The notes below the pieces were generated by a model. That model was not told where the DNA came from. It was given only the letters and a program-made list of their open reading frames with translations, and did not search any database. The translations under genes and the position numbers were made by a program. A stretch of DNA of 61,465 nt, the filler included, from Choristocarpus tenellus KU-1152 (Eukaryota; Protista; Phaeophyceae): NCBI GenBank assembly GCA_964200185.2. It is 8 parts of 8 records of this genome, joined end to end, with 100 filler letters (N's around TTAATTAATTAA, not from the genome) between each part and the next. Parts side by side here need not be neighbours in the genome. Positions count along the whole stretch, not along the records: positions 1 to 8,321 come from CAXNAD020004859.1; positions 8,422 to 12,179 come from CAXNAD020018118.1; 6 more parts are not named here. One strand, written 5' to 3'. Below, piece by piece: positions 1 to 12,279 of this stretch (the first letter of the stretch is position 1; each line of letters begins with the position of its first letter).

Positions 1-162
1 GTGCTTCCCATCTACCTACTCCTGTGCCCCGGGAGGGGGAGCTAGGGAGGCATCCCAAGAATCCAACAGACCCCTCCGTGCCCATCTCCCTGGTGAATCT
101 AGTTTGAAGCGCATGACACGTCGAGTCAATGCCACTACTTGCGTAGTCACCGAAACAATTTG
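1..162 (-). repeat. Dispersed repeat family A, inverted copy (runs off window start)
   Basis: Reverse complement aligns by eye with 404-563 and 19112-19270 (shared blocks CAAGTGGCA, CCAGGGAGATG.GCACGGAGGGGT, GGATTCTTGGGATG, AGGTAGAT). Confidence 0.85.
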
Positions 163-403
163 ACGTAGCCTAGATTTAACTACTCCTTTCCGGCAGTATC
201 CTCCCGCTCCTCTCCCCCCTACCATGTGAGAGTAGCCAGCTCCTTGATATTTTGATTATCATGGTGGTTCAGTTCGTGGTTAATATCGCGTTGCAGTCAT
301 AAGTTTGCCAGGTTCTCTTCATAGAAATTTGTTTTAATTGATGCTATTCCACATGGACTGGAGGATATATATGAGGAAACGAGCGGTTAAATCCTGGGTA
401 CGC

Positions 404-701
404 CAAATTGTCTCAGTAACTGCGCAAGTGGCACTGTCTAGACTTGTCATGCGTTTTAAGCCGGAACCACCAGGGAGATGAGCACGGAGGGGTTTGATGG
501 ATTCTTGGGATGCCTCCCAAGCTCCTCACCCTGGAATACAGGAATAGGTAGATTGGAGGCACAGGGAGGCAGTGGTACAACATAGATAATAAGATAACAA
601 ATATATGGTGTTTTTCACATTTGTGACATATTATATTTTATTAGGGCTTATATTGGTTTCCCCCCTGACACATCTCCAAAATGTCAAGAGGGCATAATAA
701 T
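404..701 (+). repeat. Repeat family A followed by the ~55-bp hairpin/(TAA)n element
   Basis: 404-590 is homologous to 19112-19295. 651-701 reads TATTGGTTTCCCCCCTGACACATCTCCAAAATGTCAAGAGGGCATAATAAT, the reverse orientation of the dispersed hairpin motif. Confidence 0.8.
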
Positions 702-748
702 ATATACAGTGATAATGAAACTGACGTAAAAAGAATAACATAGAAACA

Positions 749-2491
749 CTTCCTCCGTTTTGGAGTTAAATGTAACGTAACTTCTGGAAGCTCCGTTCTT
801 CCCTGGGAACGACCCATGCTATAAACCCCTCTAGACGAGACTTTTCTCATATAGATCGGGAGGCGTGCAAAGTTCGAGATGGTGGACTGTGACTGTGGAG
901 GATCACCAGTGCAAAGTCGAACAAGTCGCATTTGATGGGGTTTAAAATATTGTTAAACTGTCAAAACGGGTGTTTATTGGGATGCCTAGGATGAAGGCAC
1001 CCCACCGTTCAAGTGGCTAGCTCATCCCTTCGTTGCCCATCGGTCCCAGTTCTTTGCCCCAAAGTCTGACCAGGGTAAGGACTCAAATACCCCGATAAAG
1101 ACCTGGGTGGTGGTGTGATGCCTGGTGGCAAGAGGGTGCAAGAGTCGGAAGCCTCAGGGGATGGCGGTCGTTATCACAGAGGACTTCGGAATTTCCTGAA
1201 TCACTGTGTTCTGTCATCTGAAGGGGTATAACAACCAGATCGCATTGGGTTAATGCATGGACCTTGTACAATGTCGCAAGGGGCAATATGGTCGCCATAC
1301 AGGTATCCTCAACGTTTGGGATGTCCCATCAATACACTGCAAATTCTTCCACAAATGGGTGACCAAAGCTGGGGTCTCCCTTGCCTGGGTGTGGGGTCTG
1401 TGCAAGTACGAAAAGGTAATAAAGGTCAAGCGAAGGATTACACCAGTCCTCTCAGACCAGCAGAAAGTCGACAGGGTGGGTTTTGTCATCAGCCACACAG
1501 GAGGGGAGGAAGTGGGGTATTAGTGGACGATCTATATGACTGGGTGCATGTGAACGAGAAGTGGTTTTACCTCCTCAAAGATGGGCACCTGCACCCCACT
1601 GAGGACCCCCCCAAACCCCCACAACCACAGAATAAGCGTTAACATTATGAAGGTGATATTCCTTGCAGCTATGACCTGCCCTAGGAAGATCTCCAACGGG
1701 GTGTGGTTTGATGGGAAAATCGGTGTATCTGGTCAATCATAGACAATAAGGTTGCTCAGCGCTCCAGCAAGCATTGCCCCAAGGGCACCAAGGTGCTTGT
1801 GCCGGTCATGGTGGATGGGGAGAGGTATAAGAAGATCATGGTCGAGGATGTCATCCCAACAATTAACGCCCAAAAGTCTAGACTGGAAGGACACACCATG
1901 TTTGTGCAGCAGGACAGGGCAAAGCCACACACCAAGGAGGGGATCATACAGGTATCGAGGTGGTAGCAGGGGATGACCTTGTCATAGAGGCACAGCTAGC
2001 CACCTCACGTGACCTCGACGTCAACTACTTGGGATTATTTCATTCCATCCAGCAACTGAAGGAAGACATGGCGGTGACCAACACACAGGTCCTGGTGGAG
2101 ACCACAATGAAGGTGTTTGATTTGTACCCCCGAGAGATAGCAGAGCGTGTCCGGCAGAGCCTCTTTCAGAATAAAATGTGAGGTGCTGGGGTCCAAGGAT
2201 GACAACGCCTGCAATATTGCTCATTTTGACAAGGAAAAGGCTGAGAAGGCGGGCAAGCTCCCCTCCGAATGCCCTGGTGGATGCAGCAAAATACCATGCT
2301 GAAATGGAGTTTTGGAGGGGCTTTGGGGGCAGAATTATAGACAGGTGTAGGTCGCATAGTTTTGCTTGAGATTTTGGTGAGCAACCTTTCAGGGTCTGCA
2401 CAATATACCTATGCAATATGCAAATGTGGAAAACTTGTTTCTTTACCCAGGGTGCGAAAGCCAGGTTACATTTAATTCCGAATGGAGGAAG
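749..2491 (+). mobile_element. Tc1/mariner DD39D (plant-type, Stowaway-like TIRs) DNA transposon, full-length but decayed
   Basis: Left TIR CTTCCTCCGTTTTGGAGTTAAATGTAAC (749-776) matches the reverse complement of GTTACATTTAATTCCGAATGGAGGAAG (2465-2491). Both ends are flanked by CA. Internal transposase relics are present. Confidence 0.85.
1257..2300 (+). pseudogene. Frameshifted DD39D mariner transposase
   Basis: Motifs across frames: ITPVLSDQQKVDRVGF, DDLYDWVHVNEKWFYL (canonical VHIDEKWF), MKVIFLAAMTCPR, VWFDGKIG, AQRSSKHCPKGT, MFVQQDRAKPH, SRDLDVNYLGLFHSIQQL (canonical SPDLNVLDLGFF). The first and third catalytic Asp are altered and there are several frameshifts. Confidence 0.85.
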
Positions 2492-2939
2492 CATTAAATA
2501 TTACATTGTGTGAGTAATGGTTATCCTGTCTGTTGTGGCTATATACGACAAACGCCAGACCAAGTTCAAGGTAGAAACTTGGGGGCGATTCCAAGTGGAA
2601 CATTCAAGGAAGAAGGCAATGATCAGCGATGGGAATGCTGAACCCAATGCGCGAGAAAGAAGGAACGGAGTCAATATAACTATGTTCGTAGTACAACATT
2701 TAGTCAGTAGTAGAGTATTTAGTACTTTTTATGAGAAGAGTAGTGCTGTATGCAGTGCCTCTGACCACAGGTCGTGATAATCCACGACTAGTAACAATAT
2801 AATGTGATGTGAGTAATATATTGGTCCCTCTGTGAGGGGGTGGACCCCTACACATCGGACATAAGAAACAGGAGAGTGTGGTGTGACTCCTTCCTGCCTC
2901 CTTGTTTTTGCGTGAGGGAGCATATACGTATTTCTTCTG

Positions 2940-5900
2940 CTTCATGCGAAGAGTCAGTACTGGTGACGTATAGGCGGACAGACGGAAGGATGGACTTGTT
3001 TATAGAGGAGGTATGCCAGAGGAATCCAAAGACCTGGTGCCTGTAAGGCGTACTTTATTCTTCAGGATTTGTAATTTTTCTAGCAATTATGTGCAGGGGC
3101 ACGGGCAAGCCTACGAGGAAGGATGAGAATTAGTACTGGAGAGATAAATGATAGACTCAAACTCCAAAACAGTTTGCAAAGAGAATTGACAGATCTATAG
3201 AACCGATGCTGGTATTTTTTTCTAGGATTTGAGTAAAAACATTTAAGAGGGTAGGAGTTTTGCCCTGATTAAAGGAGATAGATGAATGAACCCGCAGGGA
3301 TTACTTGATTATAAACTGTGCGTACGTGAGAAATGAAAAGGTGTCTAGCGTCGTTACTATTAGGGTTTTCTGGACTTTTTGGGACTTCAGGTTTTGAAAG
3401 TAAGTATGAACGAGTTTGGGTCGGCCCCATATTAGAACAAGATCCAGTAATGATAACAATATGTAGTAGGATGGTAAGGCATAGTTAGCAGAGATACAAA
3501 ATAATATATAGTAGAACTCGAACTTCAAACAACTCGGAAAGAGGAAAAACAGGTCTAACTCTATAGAATTGGTAGGTTTGTAAGAGCAGGATTTGCTTGT
3601 TTGAATATAGTACATACGCGAAAGAGTAGCCCAAATGGTCGTAAGGGCCCCTACTGGGAAGAAACATGAGGAAGCGCACAGGTGAGACTATCCACGAGGA
3701 AGAGAGTCAGTATTGGACAGAGATGAGAGGGACCCAAGAGCTGTGGTCGTGAGTTTTGCATGTTTCACAATTTATTTAAGAAGTGTAAATAAGTAGGCTC
3801 TTGTATAAGGGAGGACGAGAGCCGGTGCTGGTAAAATACAATCAAAGGTGGATGGATGGAGCGGAATTACTTTGTTTATATCGTATGCACATGAGTGGGA
3901 CCCAAAACAACACTACTACCCCTCAACAACAATATGGAGTCATCCATCTTGTCGACTCTATAAAATTATGGGATTTGGGACTTGTATTCAGTGGACTGTG
4001 TTGATTTGACCTCGTTGATAGCATAAACAAATAGGCGGTTGTGGGAGGGGCTCGACCCCTCAGGGGTTGGGGGTTGGTCGGAGAGGGGAGGCATATCCTC
4101 CTTGCGTTTCGTGGGGGAGGGAGCTTATTGTGTTTAAGTCAAGATGTTGCATCGAAATTTGATGTACGTATTAAGCACACCAACAAACAGATTATGTGTA
4201 GAGCTGATGCTGGGGCGTACAGACAGACGGATGAACATCCAGGAGTTAGCTGGTTGTAAATTGTGCGCACGTGAGAGACGAAAATGTAGGTGTATAGAGC
4301 CAGTGTTGTAAAGGTTTTCTACACTTTCAGGATTTGTGATTCTTGAAGCCAACACGTATTTGTGAGAACAAGAACTGGTACTGATATTGAGGAAGTTTTA
4401 TGATAGTATAATAATATAAAGAACTCAAACTTCAAAGAACCCAGAATGAGGAAAAATACCTCTATAGAGTCTGTAGGTTTGTAGGGCAGGAATTACTTGG
4501 TATAATACAGTATGTATATGAGAGGGCCCGAAAGATTGTAAGAACCACTGTTGGGAAGAAGTATCCGCAAACATTGCAACCCTAAGTGCGAGGAGGAGAG
4601 CTGGTCTGGCAACGTGGAGACATCGGAGGGACTGAAGGAGCTGGTGGTGGTGGTTTTTCTATTTTTCCAGGATATAATTTTCCAAGAATGTGTGAGCGCG
4701 CCAGAGAGCCTACGTGCTGCGACAAGAGTCAATCCTGGTAAAATTCGGGCACAGGCATATATATGGACGGACAGGAACGATTTGGTTATACATGGTAAGG
4801 ACGTGAGAGGGGCTCAAAAGACTGTAGGAGTCCCATTTGGGAATGAGGAAGGGAGCCCTTCTGGGACAGACTGGACCCCCCAGGGGTTGGGGTTCGGACA
4901 GGGCGGGGGAGGAGAGGGAGCGTGGTTCAACTCCTTGGGTCTTTGCGCGCACGGGAGCTTATTGTCTTCTTGAAGTCAAAGTGTGGCATCGAAATCTGAC
5001 TTGCGTACGAACTATTCTGCAATACGTTAGGACTTCATCTTATTATAGTGTCAGTATAAAAATCACTTTTTTGCGTGTTTTTTCATTTACATGAATTGCA
5101 ATTGTGGTAAGTGTATAGTACACAATATGATCCTCTACTATTGTTGTGTTATTTTACACGTAGTGTTTACTTCTTCTCAACACTCTATCACTATTATATT
5201 GCTGTTATTGTGTTTTCTTTCCTTAATGTCTCGTCTTTGAACATGACAATGTCTGCAACATATTACATACCATAGCCTCAATATCAAAACATTTCAAACG
5301 TGCAAAAGAGAAAAATCAGACCTGGTGCTGGAATCTACTGATATACAGACGGATGGACGGAAAGGAAATACTTGGTTTTACATGGTAAGTTGGTGAGAGA
5401 TGACAAGGAATCATAGATGGAATCATAGATGGTTTTTGTGGCAAGGTTAAAAAAAAAAATCCAGGAGTTTTAGTTTCGAGAAGCATGCACAAGTGGGTAG
5501 GTAAGCCTACATGCAAGGATGCAAGGGAGAGAACCAGTACAGTTAGTTAATGATGTGAGGGTGCAAAATTCAGCTTTTTGTACAAATGCGTATGTATGGG
5601 GACATTTCTGAATTCTGTGGAATTTTTATAAACATCAGAGAAATCAACACTCTCAAGTCAATCTTAACTCTTCATCCATAGAAATGTGGGTGCATTGCAA
5701 AAGATAAGAAAAAAAGTGGCTTACAATGCAAAACGGCCAAAACCTTGGCACCTCTCTTTAAATTTGGTTCTCATTAGAGCCTGTAGGTTTTGTAAGGGCA
5801 GGAGGAATCACTTGGTTTTTTACCGTACGTATATGAGAAAAACTCAACTGGTGTTGGTGAGTTTTCTATGTCAGTATTCTTTACACGTATGGTTGAGTCC

Positions 5901-6050
5901 ACGGGCGAGCCTATCTATGTGCGAGGACAAGAGCTGGTAACGGTAACGTACAGGCAGACACGTAGAAGGATAGGAGGGATGGACGGACAGGAAATACTTG
6001 GGTTTACATGGTGTATATATGGGAGGGGTCCGTAATATTTAGAGGGCATT
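2940..6050. repeat. Array of diverged direct copies of an unclassified repeat
   Basis: Recurring blocks: GAACTC.AACTTCAAA...GAGGAAAAA...TAGGTTTGTA.G.GCAGGA at ~3514 and ~4421 (partial at ~5780); CCCC.CAGGGGTTGGGG...GGGAGCTTATTGT...AAGTCAA...GCATCGAAAT at ~4056 and ~4877; GGACGGA.AGGAA...TTGGTT.TACATGGT at ~4765, ~5355 and ~5980. Confidence 0.7.
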
Positions 6051-8017
6051 AAGAGAAAAACAGATATTTCCTCATGGATGAGAGATGTTGCATTGTCCTA
6101 TTACTAGTGTTGTGAACAGAAGAATTTATGGTTACAATTATGCCGACTAGAAAGTAATTTCGATTGATCCAGTTGAACTCTCAGCGCATGAGATGAAGCA
6201 CGCGAAAGGTGCAAAGGTCGCCGAGTGGTGCACAGCGCCTTGAGGCAAACCCCCAGACACGTGTCAGGTCAAAGCAGGCAGTCATGAACAGTGAAATGTG
6301 TAGTGAGTTGTGGGTAGTGATACGTTGTGATTAATAATATTTATCATAATATACGGTGGTTCTGTGACCTCTGACACATCTGTTAGTCAAACTTCTCCTT
6401 AGATCGTGATAGAACCCCCTGAATAAACGAGCTTTGCGGTTCAATTATTTGGAATTCCAGTTAATCAAACTGAAGCCAATTGAACTTTCATGATTCACAC
6501 CACTACTTTCATGAATATTATCCCAAGTTAGCCGTATCTTTAAATTATCAGTTGGTATTTAAATGGAGCCCTCACCCCCCAATATCACAACCATTGATCT
6601 CTCCAAATATACTGATATCTTAATTTCCAATGACATCAATTTGCAAACCACTTGAAAAATATATATTCCATCAAGTACTTCCACATTATTCGATGTGAGG
6701 TATGAGTCAAACTGAGGGGTAGGCAGGGTTGTATTTCAAGGATGCCATTTTGCACAATTGCAGAAAGAGAGCCTTTGGTGACGTGTCGTATCACTTTGTG
6801 TGCGGAAAGGGGGAATATCAATTTTGCGTACACTATTGACCACATAAAGCAATGAAATAGAGTGTATTGCACTTGGTAATACAGACGGTATGGAATGTGA
6901 AAGGGTCCAAACCTGCCTACCTCTCAATTGGTCTGGCTCCATAATAGTTTCCAACTTTGTCCTTAGTTCTTGTACATGTCCACTGCATTGAGTAGAAGAA
7001 GCATTTTCAACTTATTTTGCTGACCTAGTAGTACTATTTACTGAAATATGTACTAATGTGTCACCCACTATCACACAACAATTTGAATCATTACTCACTG
7101 TCAAGTTAGTTTCTGATTGGGCACAGAGACAACTCCTAGTTAACCACTGCAAGGGACACAATCAATCAATTTTGACTTAACGAGAAAGTTGGGTAGTCAA
7201 TCAAACGATCTCAATTTTCGGAAGTGGCAAGATATTTAAATGTGCTGATGATTAGTACGTTGGCAGGTTTCTGAAGTCCAGGACAGCAGTAGGAAGATAA
7301 GGATAAGAATGGTGGAGTTGGCGGTATGGTATGACTATGATAGAAATTTATGAATAAATAATGGATCAATATTGTACCATATGTGGTATGTACGTACATC
7401 AGCGGTATAAACTATACCATCATACTGATCTGCCAACTCCCCAGTGTGTAGTTGGCAAAAATTCTCCCAATATTTATTATTATTAGCCTGATCAACGGAG
7501 ACGAAAAAATACTAAACGTAGGGACAAAAAACTGGTCAACGTTGGAATAAAACACACACAAAACGTGTAGATATATCACTAGGCAACATCACAACAGGCA
7601 GAATAAGTATCATGAAACACAAAAAGAGCTGTAGAACATAATCATACTACTACAATACAGTGCACCCCTAAACTACACCGGATGATTTGGTTTATATTGC
7701 TGTAGTGCAACGTGCAAAGAGAGGATGACAAACTCAACTCCAAGTTGGAACAGGTGATGTTTTGTTAATTCAAACACAGCCAGCAACAAAGAGTATCAAA
7801 ACACCTTCAAGTACATGCCATTACACTTGTAGGAAGGGAAGGAACACAATCAAAACTCTAACTTTGAAGAACATCATTGTAAAAAAACACAAGCACAAGA
7901 AGGGTGCAACACAACGCAGCTCCAGAAAGATGTTGCACATGCCCACAATTTGTTGCTAAAAAAACAAAGTAAGCAGTGCCTTGCTACAGCACTTCTAAAC
8001 ATCAACACGCCCTTTCC

Positions 8018-8321
8018 TCACAACAGGTCCAACCTTCTCCCTCTATCAGGGATAACCCGGTCAGCCCCGAACATAATTGCTCCCCGCTCTTCTAACCCAT
8101 CTTCCGCATCCCATGGACTCTCTGAAGCCATTTCCTCTGGACCCTCATCCCCACTCAACCCTCCTCTTCGCCAGACTGAGTCATGATAGCCCAAGCCCCT
8201 AACCTCTACATCTTCCGGTGACAAATACCAACCATCCTGCTCATTGCTAGAATTGTCGCAACACTGGGGTGATGTCTTTTCCCGACCTGGGCCCTCCCAC
8301 TCCATCTCTGCTGCCACTGCT
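8018..8321 (-). CDS. Possible terminal exon of an unknown gene, cut by the contig end
   Basis: Frame is open from the contig edge to a TGA at 8018. The peptide is acidic/Gly-rich and low-complexity, with no recognisable family. Confidence 0.3.
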
Positions 8322-8421
8322 NNNNNNNNNNNNNNNNNNNNNNNNNNNNNNNNNNNNNNNNNNNNTTAATTAATTAANNNNNNNNNNNNNNNNNNNNNNN
8401 NNNNNNNNNNNNNNNNNNNNN
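8322..8421. other. Artificial contig linker
   Basis: N44-TTAATTAATTAA-N44 (stops in all six frames), identical at seven places. Confidence 0.97.
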
Positions 8422-8528
8422 GGCACGAAACAAGCTATAGGCACATAGATAGAGCACCTTGCACCGCCCCCGCCCCCGCCCCGCCCCCCCCCTTCTCCTT
8501 CCCCTCTTCCCACTCTCAAAAGGCGCAC

Positions 8529-10577
<2,049 letters not shown>

Positions 10578-11104
10578 GTCGCCTCACTTGCTCTCTCACG
10601 AAGTACCAACGTTTGGCTTGGGAGGCAACCTGTCCCTTGTACCTGTTTCCTTTGAACCTCTCCTTTCCAAATGTCTAGGACACAAAAGGTAGAACTTCGA
10701 CTACTTTCTGGCAGTAGCGTCTTCTCGATTAGAAGCGCTGCAATGACTGCACCAAAGCCTGTCCAGAATGTTGATAGGAGGTATACTCGGACAGGATGCA
10801 AGACAACCTTGTTATGGTCAAAGTCCCAAGGAAATCTTGATCCAAAAAAAAGAGAAAGTTGGTTCTCTGGACATCTTCACTTAAATCTGTTGTTGTAGAA
10901 CTAACTGCCCATTCCACAACACAATATATTGGATTAGACACCTTGGTCAACGTGCTTATCTGCACTGCACTGTTCTACTCTCCAACCTTACGTGGCAGAC
11001 GGAGAGTTGAAACCCTTGCATACGTTGGTCTCGTCGGTAGGTCCCTCTTTCGGTGGATAACATTGGTGAAGAGCAGGCATTTACAAAGTTGGTGAGGTCA
11101 AAAA
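10578..11104. promoter_or_regulatory. Probable bidirectional promoter / 5' UTR region
   Basis: Only 527 bp separate two divergent ATGs (PSMA5 at 10577, thioredoxin at 11105) on the same contig. Confidence 0.6.
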
Positions 11105-11961
11105 ATGGTGCATGAGGTAAGTGGGGAGTTCGAGTTCCGCAGCTTGGTGGGGCAGAAGAACAAGCTCGTGGTGGTGGACTTCACGGCTACATGGTGTGGC
11201 CCTTGCAAGCGAGTGGCACCAGACTATGAGCAGTTGGCCGCGCAGCACCCAACTGTCCTGTTCCTCAAGGTGAGGTGTTGCGACGGGTTAGCAGTATGTT
11301 GTAGTGGATTAATCGTTTCTGTTGCATACTGGGGCTCATGGAGCTAGTTAGGATGTTGTCGTGCTCATTACTGGAGGATGAAAGTAGATGGTCAAGTTGT
11401 TTCTGTCAAAGGAAAGGACTTTGATACATGACACATGTCTCCCTCATTGCCAAGTTTTGCACTTATCTCCCACTTCCACCTACGACATATATATCTACTT
11501 TGTTTATTCCATCCCTACGAGCATGCGTATCCCTGACTTCAAAGTTGCGCAAGGTTTCCTGTCCCAAGTTGACCGGGCTACAACTAGAGTTGTAAGAGTC
11601 TTATCACACCACCTCGGACTCAGAACTAGGACCATGCTGATGTGTGAACCTACAGGATTTGTTCGATTGGGAGTCATCCCAGTATCAATTGTAGTTACAA
11701 CAGTCTATATCCCATACCGCCCGTATCATCTTCATACTTGCTCCCCATTGTGCCACTCTGATGTTCTGCCTCAATAGGCCTACAACTTAGCCTTGGCAAA
11801 ATTGTCCCCAAACCTTCCACCCAACCTAGGTTGTGGAAGATAGGAACAAGGAGCTAGTCATGACTGCTGGCATCCGAGCCTTCCCCACCTTTCAGTTTTA
11901 TCTTGAGGGGCAGAAGGTCGATGAGATCAAAGGTGCCAACATTCAAGCTGTAGCTGCTAAG
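11105..11961 (+). CDS. Thioredoxin-domain protein (WCGPC), exons 1-2; C-terminus unresolved
   Basis: Exon 11105-11269 encodes LVVVDFTATWCGPCKRVAP...VLFLK. Exon 11830-11961 encodes VVEDRNKEL...GIRAFPTFQFYLEGQKVDEIKGAN...AAK and is followed by a GTGAG donor. The contig ends at 12179. Confidence 0.9.
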
Positions 11962-12179
11962 GTGAGAGTAAGGAGCTGTCCCTTGAAATAGGTTGCATTA
12001 TTATGTTTTAGCCAAGCCGCACATCTCTTTTCATCAAGAAGTAGTGCATTGCATGCTGTGCCATGCGCTCAAGTAGTTGGTCTTGCCATGTTAAGGCTTG
12101 CTGTTCTGCTTGATTCACTGAACCTCCCCACCTGCGAACCCTGATACACGTATGGACACGGACCAAACTGATCTGGCAC

Positions 12180-12279
12180 NNNNNNNNNNNNNNNNNNNNN
12201 NNNNNNNNNNNNNNNNNNNNNNNTTAATTAATTAANNNNNNNNNNNNNNNNNNNNNNNNNNNNNNNNNNNNNNNNNNNN
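12180..12279. other. Artificial contig linker
   Basis: N44-TTAATTAATTAA-N44. Confidence 0.97.

Noticed and set aside
6210-6285. tRNA or tRNA-derived SINE (GGTCGCCGAGTGGT A-box-like)
   Set aside because: No convincing B box (GTTCRA) or cloverleaf downstream.
8018-8321. ORF as the missing 3' end of PSMA5
   Set aside because: The peptide has no similarity to the conserved proteasome alpha C-terminal half and lies on another contig.
8322-8421. Repeated palindrome TTAATTAATTAA within N runs, as a biological repeat or recombination site
   Set aside because: Identical 100-bp construct at seven places with stops in all frames: an assembly linker.
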